Below are positions 44,621 through 56,022 of a stretch of DNA of 64,000 bases, in pieces. Made by a program: the position numbers and the translations under genes. Under the pieces are notes generated by a model, which did no database searches, had not been told where the DNA came from, and saw nothing but the letters and a program-made list of their open reading frames with translations. This DNA is from Nitrososphaerales archaeon. GTDB lineage: Archaea; Thermoproteota; Nitrososphaeria; Nitrososphaerales; UBA213. The stretch lies in the NCBI GenBank assembly GCA_965197925.1, contig CBDAOC010000018.1, forward strand, positions 1 to 64,000, given 5' to 3'. Each line of letters begins with the position of its first letter. The stretch's first letter is position 1.

Positions 44621-44694
44621 TGGGCCGGGAGAGATTTGAACTCTCGACCACCGCTGTGTCAGAGCGGTATCCTAACCAACTAGACGACCGGCCC
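44621..44694 (-). tRNA. tRNA-Val(GAC), no intron
   Basis: GGGCCGG/CCGGCCC acceptor, CCGCT-CTGACAC-AGCGG, GTTCAAATC. Confidence 0.97.
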
Positions 44695-44789
44695 AAACAG
44701 TATCATAGGGATTCTTGCACGGTTACACCATTCTCTGCACACTTGTTTGTACATTATATATATGCATATGAATACGATTCGGTTAATTT

Positions 44790-45833
44790 AGAGCCTATCC
44801 TAAAATTCTAGCTGATAGTTAATGATTGGTAGAAATGATAACATTTAGAATGCAAGAATATTAGTTCATACTGTCAGGTTTAGTTTTCTTACTATTGATT
44901 TTATTAGTATTGTAGATAGTAGATACTAGAAACAGTTGCATTAACGTGTTTATGACACTACCAATATATCGCTCTATACACTATTAGGCAGTTAGCAAAT
45001 TCTACTAGCGCCTGATAATTTTCCTTCTTCTTCTCGAACCTTACCAATAACTTTCTGAACCTATTATGCCAGGATGCGGTTCTTTCTACAACCCATCTCT
45101 TTGCTTTGTACAAATTCTTTTTCAATACTTCACCCTTATGACGAATGTGATCCACATATCCCCTTCCTAACTCCATACTCTATCTCAGGGAAATCATATC
45201 CTATTCATGCATATGTTCTGTTTAACTTTGGGCCTATCAACAACAATGCTATCTATTGTAGGAAAGGCTGATTTCATATCGTGTTTATTTGCTTCAGTAA
45301 TTACAGATGAGAGAGGAATACCTCTTCTATCAACCAGCATGTGACGTTTGGTACCTAGCTTGCCTCTATCCGTTGGGTTTGCTCCGGTCGTTTTCCCCCT
45401 AATGGGGCCTTCGGTACGCTATCCATGGATTGCCAGTCCCATCCTATACCCTTCAATTCATCATATATTTCCAGCAGCCTCTTCCATACCTTTTCGAATA
45501 CTCCTATCCCAATCCATTCCTGAAATCTTGCATGGCAAGTTGAACCAGAACCAAATTCTTTAGATACCTTCTTCCACTGGCATCCAGTTCTTAATACGTA
45601 CAGTATTCCATTCAATACTTTTCTAAATGGCACAGCTGGCCTTCCAACTGTTCTTGCTGGTTTCTCTGGTGGCAACACTAGTTTGAACTCTTCCCATAGA
45701 TTGTCTGGTATATGCCATATGGTCGGCATGCTCTTTTTCTTTGATTTTCTCACAAATTTAGCTAGAGAGGACAGATCTAGATCTGTTTCGGTATAAACAA
45801 TTAGGCTATGATGTTAATTTTCGGATAAGCTCT
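44790..45833 (-). mobile_element. IS5-family type A copy 2
   Basis: Near-identical to 6801-7843, same TIRs; ORFs 45355-45753 and 44958-45176. Confidence 0.92.
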
Positions 45834-46326
45834 TAGTTAGAAAAGGGACTATTTTTCACCTGATTATCTAATTGGATTAATATGAAATATTTAGCTCAAA
45901 TATGCATTGTTAATAACAAGTCAAAATACTTACTGAATACTATATGTACGATCTCCTTTTACATTCCACTCCAAGGGAAAATTCAAACGGAAAAACAAGC
46001 ATCATATCCATGATAAGTTATTTTTCATATATTCTTAAAGGCTAAAGTGCTTAAATGGGAATCAATGGAGATTCTTAATGAAGAAATTCCTGTATGGTTT
46101 TCTGATGCACCACTACAATCTCGAATAAAATTTGTAAATAAAATCCAGTTTATCATTCTTTTGATTTAGCTCCAGGATAATAAGTTAGAATAGCTGTTCA
46201 AGTTCTACTTAATTACGGCATATCTGAGAGTAAATAGTATTGAATTGCAAAGTTATGCCATAAATCTTCACATATTGTGCGGCAGAGAGTATATAAAGAA
46301 AGGTGAACCCTTAGTCCCGAGAAGAC

Positions 46327-47334
46327 TTGAGGATTATATTAATTGGGTTCGGAGTTGTAGGTCAAAATCTTGCCAAGTTATTACTGTCAAGAAATGAGGA
46401 CCTTCATGCGTCATATGGTATGAAGCCAAGATTAGTTGCAGTCGTAGATAGCCAAGGTTATGCTTATTCTTCGTCAGGCTTGGATCTAGAAAAGTTACTT
46501 GATGTAAAAAAAACTAAAGGTACGGTTTCGAAGTATGAAAAAAGTGGAAGGAAAAAAATGGGAGAAATTATAAATTCTGTTGATGCTGAAGTAGTAATAG
46601 AGCTTACCCCTACAAATTTAAAGACTGGAGAGCCAGGAATTTCTAATGTAACCACTGCTATAAAGAGCGGTAAGAACGTGATTACAACTAACAAGGGACC
46701 ATTGGCACTTGCATTGCCATCGTTGATCGAACTTGCTGATTACAACAATGTGACTCTGTGTTTCAGCGGAACAGTGGGAGGAGGTACTCCCGTCCTCGAG
46801 TTTGCCAAAAGGTGCCTCAAGGGTGATAGAATAATGTCATTTAGGGGTATTCTTAACGGAACCACAAATTATATTCTTACAAAAATAGAAGATGGTGCTA
46901 CGTTCAAAAATGCATTAACAGATGCGAAGCTTAAAGGATATGTGGAAGCTGATCCTTCTTTAGATATAGATGGTTATGATGCTGCTGCAAAACTGGTAAT
47001 TCTGGCGAACTGGGTGATGAATAAAAAGGTGACAATGAAAGATGTCAGATTCAGGGGAATAAAAGAAGTTAGTGTTGACGATATGAAGAAGGCAATGAAG
47101 AGGGATTCAATAATTAAATTAATTGCATCAAGTAATAAACATCTAGTGGTAGAACCGACCGAGATATCTAAGACCGATCCGTTATGTGTCAGTGGAACTT
47201 TAAATGCAGTAACATTTTCATCAGAATACTCCGGGCAACAAACAATAATCGGAAGAGGTGCTGGAGGAATGGAAACCGCCAGTGCCGTGTTACGTGACCT
47301 GATAGAGATTAGGAGGGGTATGAGTAGGGTATGA
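46327..47334 (+). CDS. hom: Homoserine dehydrogenase
   Basis: GFGVVG, TTNKGP, GTVGGGTP, GILNGTTNYIL, EADPSLDIDG, GRGAGGMETA. Confidence 0.96.
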   Translation: MRIILIGFGVVGQNLAKLLLSRNEDLHASYGMKPRLVAVVDSQGYAYSSSGLDLEKLLDVKKTKGTVSKYEKSGRKKMGEIINSVDAEVVIELTPTNLKTGEPGISNVTTAIKSGKNVITTNKGPLALALPSLIELADYNNVTLCFSGTVGGGTPVLEFAKRCLKGDRIMSFRGILNGTTNYILTKIEDGATFKNALTDAKLKGYVEADPSLDIDGYDAAAKLVILANWVMNKKVTMKDVRFRGIKEVSVDDMKKAMKRDSIIKLIASSNKHLVVEPTEISKTDPLCVSGTLNAVTFSSEYSGQQTIIGRGAGGMETASAVLRDLIEIRRGMSRV

Positions 47335-47810
47335 GAAGGTATACACTTTCAAAGAGTGACTCAAACGAAATAATTGAATCCATTAGTAAATATTGGCCAA
47401 AGAATAATGTACCCACAAAGCTCAAAAGTATACAGGTTGTTGAGTTGGAAGAAAACCATTGTTTATTATTAGATGAAAATTTTTTTGCTGTGAAAATTGA
47501 CAAGTACGTTGTACCACTATTGGCGAACGAGGAGGGCTTGAAATCATTTCCAAGCATTAATGTCGATATGGGAGCTGTACGGTTTGTCTGCAATGGAGCT
47601 AGGGTAATGCGTCCTGGGATTATCAGAATGGATGAATTCAACAAGGATGATCTTGTTGTCGTAAAGGATGACAAACATGGGAAGTATCTTGCAGTTGGGC
47701 TTGCGTTGGTTGGGAGTAAAGAAGCTCAATCAATGAATAAGGGTCCAGTGATTGATAACATGCATTACGTAAGTGACAAATTTTGGGAAGCATACAAGGA
47801 ATACGCGTAG
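47331..47810 (+). CDS. PUA-domain RNA-binding protein (MCT-1-like)
   Basis: VDMGAVRFVCNGARVMRPGI, HYVSDKFW. Confidence 0.9.
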   Translation: MRRYTLSKSDSNEIIESISKYWPKNNVPTKLKSIQVVELEENHCLLLDENFFAVKIDKYVVPLLANEEGLKSFPSINVDMGAVRFVCNGARVMRPGIIRMDEFNKDDLVVVKDDKHGKYLAVGLALVGSKEAQSMNKGPVIDNMHYVSDKFWEAYKEYA

Positions 47811-48419
47811 CTAAAATTTAACAGATTCTTCTGTACAGCCACCTTCGGTTATGATTAGCATGTCCACACCATCACCGCTAGCAGCATCTCTAGAAATAGC
47901 AGATCTTATTGCCTTTATAGCAAGTTCCTTTGCCTCATTCTCCTTCATGTCAAGTTTGAATGAGATTTCAATAACACCTATAGCCATTTCAGCACCAGTT
48001 CCTGCAGCTGCAAAATCATCTTCTAATAGTGAACCCAAGGGATCTAGTGTGTATATTACTGGTTTACTATCAACACCGCCAATAATTACCTGAGTTAACA
48101 ATGGAAAGTATCTTCTTTCGAACAACATAACAGAAACCAATTTTGCGATAGAATTTGTGGGCATAGGTCTCCTAGTCTCTAAAGACTTTATCTTTGCTAG
48201 AGCCCCGATCTGCCTAATCAAGACTTGCATATCTGCTACCATACCAGCACATGCTGCACCTACTTGTCCAGTAATTAGAAATGTCTTCTTCGTGTTTTTA
48301 CTAACAATATATGTTCCGAGCGCTATTCTCTTCTCCGCTGCGAGAATTACGCCTTTATCAAAGGTTACGCCAACCGCAGTAGCACCTGGCATGAATTGTT
48401 CAAATCCCATAGGCACCAC
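47811..48419 (-). CDS. psmB: Proteasome beta subunit (variant lacking catalytic Thr1)
   Basis: PGATAVG, AAEKR, GMVAD, DPLGS, RDAASGDG. Confidence 0.92.
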   Translation of the reverse strand: MVPMGFEQFMPGATAVGVTFDKGVILAAEKRIALGTYIVSKNTKKTFLITGQVGAACAGMVADMQVLIRQIGALAKIKSLETRRPMPTNSIAKLVSVMLFERRYFPLLTQVIIGGVDSKPVIYTLDPLGSLLEDDFAAAGTGAEMAIGVIEISFKLDMKENEAKELAIKAIRSAISRDAASGDGVDMLIITEGGCTEESVKF

Positions 48420-48460
48420 TCTCCAGCAGGTAAATTTAGTTCTTTCTATTACCCTTTCTA

Positions 48461-49327
48461 TTATCCCTTCACTTTATCAATCTTTTTCATAACTTCGGGA
48501 ATCTCATCAATAATATCTGTTGGAAGAATATGCAACCCCGATTTATTATATGCCTTGTTACCAGCCATTCCGTTGATCCCGGCACCAGCTATGGAGGCAT
48601 TCAGTGGACTCATATCCTTTGCAAGAAAACCAGCCGTAAGCCCAGACAATACGTCACCTGTACCACCAACTGTCATTCCACTGTTGTGATTTTCATTTAC
48701 TGCTACTCTATTGCCGTCTGATATAACATCAATCCAACCTTTAAGAAGTATAGTAAGGTCAAATTTTGAAGCAAATGTCTTGACAACATCAATTCTTTCC
48801 TTCTTACTCCTCCCAATTTTATTCCCGAAAATCCGGTCAAATTCTCCTGAATGTGGGGTCAGTACTACCGGTTTTTTGCTAACCGCTGGAAGAATGTCAG
48901 GAATTAGTGCACTTGCGTCCAACAGTATCTTTGAATTATTCTTTTCAAGTTCTGATAACAAGTTTACCAAAGCCTCAATTTTTGCAATGCTCAAACCCAT
49001 TCCAATAGCGGCAGCATCCACTTTCTTTGGCAACATAGCCTTCAGTTTGTTGACACTTCCAACAGTAAGTCGATCATCCGGCAGTGGTAGCACAATTAGA
49101 TTTGGAGAATAAGAACGCAAGGCAGAGGAAATAGTTCTAGGAACCGCGACGTATACCAGATCAACACCACTACGCATAGCAGCCAGGGCGGCAAGCAAGG
49201 GGGCACCATGGTAAATCCTGCTCCCCCCAACCACTAGAACTATCCCATTATCACCCTTCTTAGATTGCACTGACCTTGGGGGTATCAACTTCGCAATTTT
49301 GTCTAGACTAACTATTAACGGTTTCAT
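48461..49327 (-). CDS. nnrD: ADP-dependent NAD(P)H-hydrate dehydratase
   Basis: KGDNG..LVVGGS, LDASA, TPHSGEF, LLKG, GGTGDVLSG. Confidence 0.93.
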   Translation of the reverse strand: MKPLIVSLDKIAKLIPPRSVQSKKGDNGIVLVVGGSRIYHGAPLLAALAAMRSGVDLVYVAVPRTISSALRSYSPNLIVLPLPDDRLTVGSVNKLKAMLPKKVDAAAIGMGLSIAKIEALVNLLSELEKNNSKILLDASALIPDILPAVSKKPVVLTPHSGEFDRIFGNKIGRSKKERIDVVKTFASKFDLTILLKGWIDVISDGNRVAVNENHNSGMTVGGTGDVLSGLTAGFLAKDMSPLNASIAGAGINGMAGNKAYNKSGLHILPTDIIDEIPEVMKKIDKVKG

Positions 49328-50100
49328 CTAACCACTGGGTAAACCTTTCTAGCAAATACTAAATAAGCAGTATGTCCTATCATACTGAAGGATGGTCTAG
49401 TCATTCCTTCTCTACCTTCAATATGGCGCATGATTATTTCTGTAGACTCGATATCTGTAAAACCGTTTTTTAGCGATACTGCTAATTTCTCAACTTGATT
49501 CACGGTAGGGCATATAGCGGCAACACACCCACTCCCTTTCAGATGTTGGTGAACGTGTGGAATCACTGTCCACGGGTCTCCCAAATCAATAATAGCAAGA
49601 TCAGCATTTATCAGATCTGTACCATCCCTGATATCTAGCTGATGCATAGTGACAAACTTGTCTACTTTTGCTTTCTCAATGTTCCTTTTTGCAATCTCCA
49701 TAAACTCTGGTCTAATATCAAAAGTATAGATGTGACCGTCAGGTTTTACAATGCTTGCCATAAAAGTTGTCAATGCTCCACTGCCAGTTCCTACCTCTAG
49801 CACAATGAAACCATTACTCAGTCCTGTTCGTGCCGCTATGTAACCCAAATCTTTTGGATACACAATCTGCGTCTTTCTTTCACTCTTCATGATGAAATCA
49901 TGTATAGTAGGCTTCAAAAGGTAAACGTCCTTCCCCTTGGCTGTCTTTATGCATTCGCCATACTCCATACCAATAACAGCGTCAAGATCAATGATACCAA
50001 GATGCGTGTGCATTTTCTTACCTTTACTAACTTTTACTAACCATTTCTTCCTTGCAGTATGAAATAGAAGAATGTATGATCCTTCGTCAATACGTTCCAC
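49324..50100 (-). CDS. trmI: tRNA (adenine-N1)-methyltransferase
   Basis: RKTQIVYPKD, EVGTGSG, DLGDPW, GHTAYL. Confidence 0.94.
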   Translation of the reverse strand: MERIDEGSYILLFHTARKKWLVKVSKGKKMHTHLGIIDLDAVIGMEYGECIKTAKGKDVYLLKPTIHDFIMKSERKTQIVYPKDLGYIAARTGLSNGFIVLEVGTGSGALTTFMASIVKPDGHIYTFDIRPEFMEIAKRNIEKAKVDKFVTMHQLDIRDGTDLINADLAIIDLGDPWTVIPHVHQHLKGSGCVAAICPTVNQVEKLAVSLKNGFTDIESTEIIMRHIEGREGMTRPSFSMIGHTAYLVFARKVYPVVR

Positions 50101-50135
50101 CTCGGTAAAGAGCAGGTATTAAGATAATAAGGTAA

Positions 50136-50438
50136 CTATACCAAATCATCTTCATCAATAAGATTTGCGGCCCTTCCCTTTAGTTTAATATCTACTTTAA
50201 AGTCCTCTGGACTAATGACATCTCTCGTAATTCTCTTTACAGATAATCCACATCTGTTTTCTGGCAACAATTTGTTCCTCATACAACTAGAATAAGCACA
50301 AGAGGGTCCTAAGCATGATTGCTCCAACCATTCACACCAAAGGACATCCCCTCTAGTCCGCAATACACTCTTTGTACATTTGAACAATACGCATTGTGGC
50401 CAACAAAAACCATTTTTATCTGGACCTTCTACACTCAT
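50136..50438 (-). CDS. Cys-rich hypothetical protein
   Basis: CWPQC..FKC...WCEW...CLGPSCAYSSC...RC; first gene of the trmI-nnrD-psmB run. Confidence 0.8.
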   Translation of the reverse strand: MSVEGPDKNGFCWPQCVLFKCTKSVLRTRGDVLWCEWLEQSCLGPSCAYSSCMRNKLLPENRCGLSVKRITRDVISPEDFKVDIKLKGRAANLIDEDDLV

Positions 50439-51582
50439 TATTCATTTCTTCCTGGCACCAAGTTGAGCACCCGACTATTATTCTATAACCAATGATTAAA
50501 GTGTTTGGTTGTCAGATTGTATAAAAGTTCACCTTCACATTCTCCAATGTAGTAAAGTGCTAAATTTATGAATCTAGTCGATTATTAGCGCTAACTAATC
50601 TCCCGATATCAAATTTGAACGGTTTGTTAAACCCTTTAAAACAAGCATTTTCTACCTTCGTTATTCTTCTGAGACCGTTCCTCTTCTGAGATCCTTCAAT
50701 TCATAATCTAGTTCTATCAAACATTCATAATCTTCTGGTTAATTATTCGATATAGCAAGTTATTGTTATTAATGCTTAAAACCCATTATATTTGGATCCT
50801 AATGATGCCTAGAAGAGCCACTTGATATGTATTGAGAACAACTATGTGTTGAGGGAATCACCTTAATCAAAAGGGAAATCTAGATAGAGATTCATAGATC
50901 TTCACGATCGCTGGTATTATTGTATATAACAATAATTTCAAATCAATGCTGATAGAAATCTAAATACAAATTACAATAATACGATAGAAGCCATGTAGGC
51001 ACTCACGTGATGTTCTAAATTTAAGCCTGATCATGTAATTCGAATTGATCTAACGTTCTAAATAAGTACCATTTGTAAATATCTAGATCCACGACCTGCC
51101 CCCATTATCTGTTAACTGGATTTTCATTTTGTATTTTCTGTTGGGTCAGCAATTTCCAACAAAGAACAGAGAAAGCTAATTTTTCATGCGGATTACACTC
51201 TCCCTTATCAATAATGATCTGTTGTTCTTACCTCTCATCATATTTTATGGAGTAATCACATAGATAGTTTGCCGTTCAATTAGAATCTCTTTGACTGTGA
51301 GTAGCTTAGATCCCTTCGAATAAAAAAATATTGTATTTGCTCAATCTTACAACCAAATCTGGTTTGTATGAGTAACAGTTTTTTTGCATTATTCCTCTCT
51401 AGCTTAACTGAAATACCGCTGTAAATATCCACTTATGGTAAAAATAGATTATTGAAAGATAGAAAGTCTAGACCATCAAGTGCCAACACAATATTGATGA
51501 ATGAGAGTATAATAGTATGATCTTTGTAAAAACAATATCTACTTATTTATTGCTAATCATAATTCATATTGTAAGATCCAAA

Positions 51583-52371
51583 ATGAAAAAACTGATACTG
51601 ATAATCATAATACTTTTGTTGGCAACAACTACTCTTACCTTCGTCGCAGTTGGACAAGAAGATTTCTTGAAATTTGAGAATATGACTTTTAGAATAAGAA
51701 TTCAATATCCCACTAATTGGGAAAAAGTCGAAGATCGTCTTCCTTTGAATGTAATCGTTGTGTTCGATCCCCCAGGAGAAAGTGATTCAGTTATAGGGAT
51801 TGATGGTGTTGACATAGTAATTGCACCGGTACCTCCAAATGTAACACTAGAACAATATACTGAAGATTATATTAATCTACTAGGAGATATTTTTTCTGAG
51901 TTCAGTATAGTCGAGTCAAGTCCGACCACTCTTGCAAATTATCCTGCATATAGAGTGGTGTACACTGGCAAAGTAGAAAGAAATGAGGTTCTTGAAAACG
52001 TACTGTACAGGGATGTCATCCTAAACAAGGTAATGGAAGTCTGGACGCTAAAGGACAGCAAAGCCTACCTCATTTCATATTACGCTGATGAGAAAAAATA
52101 TGATAATCATTTGGAAACCGTACAAAAAATGATTGATTCATTTGAAATAGATACAAATTCGGTATTAGAGGAGAAAAGCGAAGGAGATGTTGGTACTAAC
52201 ATAGAGATTGAGGTTATCATCGGTTTAACTGTTATCATAATAGGAGTAGGTTTGTTTCTGGCCATAAGAGCAATAAAGAGCAAAAGGCAAACCAGCAACA
52301 CCGGTGGCGAAGAACCAGCCTTCACTGACCCCAATGGCGGTGATAGTGGTCCCATATCTGAGAATATATAA
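51583..52371 (+). CDS. Secreted PsbP-like protein with C-terminal TM anchor
   Basis: Signal peptide, IQYPTNW, TTLANYPAY, QKMIDSFEI, TM helix plus basic tail. Confidence 0.8.
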   Translation: MKKLILIIIILLLATTTLTFVAVGQEDFLKFENMTFRIRIQYPTNWEKVEDRLPLNVIVVFDPPGESDSVIGIDGVDIVIAPVPPNVTLEQYTEDYINLLGDIFSEFSIVESSPTTLANYPAYRVVYTGKVERNEVLENVLYRDVILNKVMEVWTLKDSKAYLISYYADEKKYDNHLETVQKMIDSFEIDTNSVLEEKSEGDVGTNIEIEVIIGLTVIIIGVGLFLAIRAIKSKRQTSNTGGEEPAFTDPNGGDSGPISENI

Positions 52372-52661
52372 TTTGAGACTCAAGTGAGAAGTTTTTTAGA
52401 AGACGTTAAACAATTTTTTTCACTGACTCAAATAGTCAATAACAAGTTTGCAAATATTTTGCGCTGTAAACTGTCCAGATCAAGCTATTACATAATATGA
52501 CATAGAATTGATCAGAAATCACCTAAATAAACTCGTTGACAGAGTCAAATTTACAATCTTTAATTTCGAATATGTATATTATGACATTACAGATCATTTA
52601 CAATAACATAAAATGAAAAAGTATTCCTAACGTGATTTTAATAATAAGAATTACGCTGAAT

Positions 52662-54308
52662 TTACTTCCCAAGTTTTCCTTTTTCCAGTTCTATTCCACT
52701 TGCAGCTATCTTCTCGAACAGCGGCTTAACATGGCCTATCTTGTGATTAGATTTTATTAGCAGTTCAGATACGGAATCCCACTTTTGTTGATGCACAGAT
52801 CCTGTCAAATTCAACTGTTTCCATATCTTCTCTGCGGAAAACGGTAAATATGGTTCTAACAAGATTGCCAGTGAACGAACGGCATTTACAGATAAATAAG
52901 TGCAGTTATTTGCACCTTCTGTATTTACCCAAGGTTCCTTTTGTTGAAAGTATTTATTGAAATGAGCAGAAAATCTCAATATCCGTTTCAGAGCCTTATC
53001 TAGTTCATTAGTGCATAGTAATTCACCAACTTCTATTTTTACCCTTTTTATTGCGTCTATACTTTCGTTGTCAGCAATATCATTCTCTGTAGGCTCAGGT
53101 ACGATTCCGTTGAATTTACTACTTGTGAAACTCAAAGTCCTGTTTACAAAATTTCCAATATTCGCTATCAATTCGTTATTTATTCTTGCAGCAAAATCTT
53201 CCCAGTCAAAGTTAAGATCTTGCTGACTAAAAGGAGTTATTGATGCAATGTAATATCTAAGATAATCTGCTGGGTAGCTCTCAAGAAAATCTCTAAGACC
53301 AATGTACCAATTCCTACTCTTTGAAATCTTTTGTGCTTGCAACATGAGATGTCCCCTCGTAGGTATGAAATCTGGCAAACGATACTCTTCATTTATTCCA
53401 AGCCTCATGGCTGGCAGGAACAGGTAATGATGATAAACGATATCTTTTCCAATAAAATGATAAATTTCTGCGTCATTCCAGAACTCCTTCCCATCGATTC
53501 CTTTCTCCTTAAGAAAAGTAAGCAAGGAAGATATGTAGCATAGATGGTTGTCAAACCACCCGTAAAGCACCTTACCTTCAGCTTCATTCAGAGGGATTTG
53601 CACTCCCCAACTAATATCTCGCGTTATATCCCAGTCCTGTAGACCATCCTCGATCCATTTCAACACATAATTCTTCACATCATCTTGTAGGTTTTCGTTA
53701 TTGGTAAGCCAATCCTTAAGCTTTCCAGAAAAGCTTGACAATTTGAAGAAGAAATGATTGGTTTCTTTCTTAATGGGCGTTTCTCCACAAATCGCACACT
53801 TTGGTTCCTGAATTTCAGGTGGCACCCTTCTACACTTCTCACATAAATCTGAATATTGGTTCTCTGCAGCACAATAGGGACATCTGCCTACAACATATCT
53901 ATCTGGCAAGAATTTCTTGTCGTTATTACAGTAGAACTGGATAATCTGTTTAGCGTAAATAAAGCCATTATGATATAATTTATTGAAAACATATCTCGCA
54001 AATTCGACATTTTCATATGAACTTGTCTGGTAAAAAAAATCAAATGAAATTCCTAGCTTTGTGAAATCCTCATAATCACGGTCATGCCAATGAGCAACGT
54101 ATTCTTCAGGGTCCTTTGCCTCCTTCTCTGCCCTAATTAATATTGGAGTGCCAAAGTCATCGGTAGCACAAATGTATACTACATCACTCCCCTTTAGTCT
54201 GGAGTATCTCGTGAAAATATCTGCAGGCAAATATGTTGATGAAATATGTCCTAGATGAATTTCACCATTCGCATAGGGTAACGCGCTGGTAACGACTACC
54301 TTCTCCAT
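52662..54308 (-). CDS. metG: Methionine--tRNA ligase
   Basis: ALPYANGEIHLGH, Zn knuckles, GKDIVYHH, KISKS. Confidence 0.97.
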   Translation of the reverse strand: MEKVVVTSALPYANGEIHLGHISSTYLPADIFTRYSRLKGSDVVYICATDDFGTPILIRAEKEAKDPEEYVAHWHDRDYEDFTKLGISFDFFYQTSSYENVEFARYVFNKLYHNGFIYAKQIIQFYCNNDKKFLPDRYVVGRCPYCAAENQYSDLCEKCRRVPPEIQEPKCAICGETPIKKETNHFFFKLSSFSGKLKDWLTNNENLQDDVKNYVLKWIEDGLQDWDITRDISWGVQIPLNEAEGKVLYGWFDNHLCYISSLLTFLKEKGIDGKEFWNDAEIYHFIGKDIVYHHYLFLPAMRLGINEEYRLPDFIPTRGHLMLQAQKISKSRNWYIGLRDFLESYPADYLRYYIASITPFSQQDLNFDWEDFAARINNELIANIGNFVNRTLSFTSSKFNGIVPEPTENDIADNESIDAIKRVKIEVGELLCTNELDKALKRILRFSAHFNKYFQQKEPWVNTEGANNCTYLSVNAVRSLAILLEPYLPFSAEKIWKQLNLTGSVHQQKWDSVSELLIKSNHKIGHVKPLFEKIAASGIELEKGKLGK

Positions 54309-54339
54309 TCTGCCGCACCCACAGATTTTGGAGAGTTAC

Positions 54340-55584
54340 CTATCTCCAGCTTTTGGCATATTGGGCTTGTTCTTTTGTTTGTTTGTCTATCTTTACTCCC
54401 ATTGCCTCTAGAGAGTTGATTGCTACTCGAGAATCGATCTCATCAGGTACATTATGTACAGCCTTGGCCATTTTCGAGTGATTTTCTGCGATATAGATTA
54501 TTGATAGTAATTGGTTCGAAAATGATAATGCCATTACTTCGGGCGGGTGCCCTTCCGCCGCTACAAGGTTTGCTATTCTGCCCTCTCCTATCAAGTACAC
54601 CTTCTTATTATTCTTCAACGTATATTCTTCCAAGTTATTTCGGACCATGCGTTTTGATTTGTTATCATTCCTCAAATAATTCGTATCAACCTCAACATCG
54701 AAGTGACCTGCGTTGGCAAGTACAGCACCATCTTTCATACTTTCAATATGATCCTTATTGATAACACCTGTCTGACCTGTTGCTGTAACGAAGATATCTC
54801 CAATCCTGGCAGCTTCCTCCATTGGGATTACAGTGAAACCATCCATATGTGCTTCAAGTGCCTTTATAGGATCAACTTCTGTCACAACAACCTTAGCATT
54901 AAGACCCCTAGCCCTGCTTGCTATTCCTCTTCCAACCCATCCATAGCCACAAACAACAAAGTTTTTGCCAGCTATCAAAAGAGAGGTAGCACGTAATATC
55001 CCATCCATTGTGCTCTGACCTGTACCGTATCGATTGTCGAATAGATGCTTCGTATAAGCATTGTTAACCGCAATAACCGGATATCGTAAAAGACCATCGT
55101 TTTCCAATGCCTTTAACCTTACAACTCCAGTAGTAGTTTCTTCGGTACCTCCCATAGTATCAAAATTAGAAAACTCCTTCTCATTATGCATTGCAATGTG
55201 GGTATCAGATCCATCATCGGTAATTACATCTGGTTTATCCCTGATAATTCTCCTTATGCAGTCATCATACTCTTGTTTATTTTGACCACGCCAAGCGTAA
55301 ACATTAATCCCTTCCGACGCGAGGAACGCTGCTATATCGTCCTGAGTCGATAGGGGGTTAGCAGCACACATGCTAACATCCGCCCCAAGCGTTTTAGCTC
55401 CAATTGCAAGAGCAGATGTTTCTTTAGTAATATGCAAACAGAAACTTACTCGTATCCCATGTAATGGTCTATTTTCAGCGAGCTTTTCAACTGTCCTGCC
55501 AAGTATCTGCATATGAGAACTTGCCCACTCGTAAGATAACTTTCCTCTACCAGCTAGTTTCTCATCTGCTATCATACTACTCAT
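54340..55584 (-). CDS. ahcY: Adenosylhomocysteinase
   Basis: CLHITKET, EETTTG, KHLFDNRYGTGQS, GYGWVG, GHFDVE; start taken at ATG 55584. Confidence 0.96.
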   Translation of the reverse strand: MSSMIADEKLAGRGKLSYEWASSHMQILGRTVEKLAENRPLHGIRVSFCLHITKETSALAIGAKTLGADVSMCAANPLSTQDDIAAFLASEGINVYAWRGQNKQEYDDCIRRIIRDKPDVITDDGSDTHIAMHNEKEFSNFDTMGGTEETTTGVVRLKALENDGLLRYPVIAVNNAYTKHLFDNRYGTGQSTMDGILRATSLLIAGKNFVVCGYGWVGRGIASRARGLNAKVVVTEVDPIKALEAHMDGFTVIPMEEAARIGDIFVTATGQTGVINKDHIESMKDGAVLANAGHFDVEVDTNYLRNDNKSKRMVRNNLEEYTLKNNKKVYLIGEGRIANLVAAEGHPPEVMALSFSNQLLSIIYIAENHSKMAKAVHNVPDEIDSRVAINSLEAMGVKIDKQTKEQAQYAKSWR

Positions 55585-55626
55585 ATGAAAAACATCATAT
55601 AACATAATAATAAAAATCATTCTATA

Positions 55627-55932
55627 ATGGTTTGGACTAACCTAGGAACGAAAGAGAAGGTTGGTATTGGAAAAGGGAAAGAGTTTAATGTTAATGATAA
55701 GAGGATCGCTGTTTTCAATGTCAATGGTAACTATTACGCCATTGAAGCATTGTGTAGACATCAAGATGGTCCTCTTGCATCGGGTATGTTGAAAGGAGAA
55801 ATTGTCGAATGTCCTTGGCATTTCTGGCACTACAATGTAACGACAGGAGAGTTGCTGGATTATCTAAATGGCGTTAAACTTACTACGTATTCCATCGAAG
55901 TAAGGGACAATGATATCTATGTAGAGACTTGA
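55627..55932 (+). CDS. Rieske [2Fe-2S] ferredoxin
   Basis: CRH and CPWH motifs. Confidence 0.92.
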   Translation: MVWTNLGTKEKVGIGKGKEFNVNDKRIAVFNVNGNYYAIEALCRHQDGPLASGMLKGEIVECPWHFWHYNVTTGELLDYLNGVKLTTYSIEVRDNDIYVET

Positions 55933-56022
55933 ACTTTGGATATGAATTTCTAATTTGAGTTTATTTAAATCACAATTTCTCGCGAAATGGTTTATTATCC
56001 ATGAGTGTATCCAAGCCCTTAG

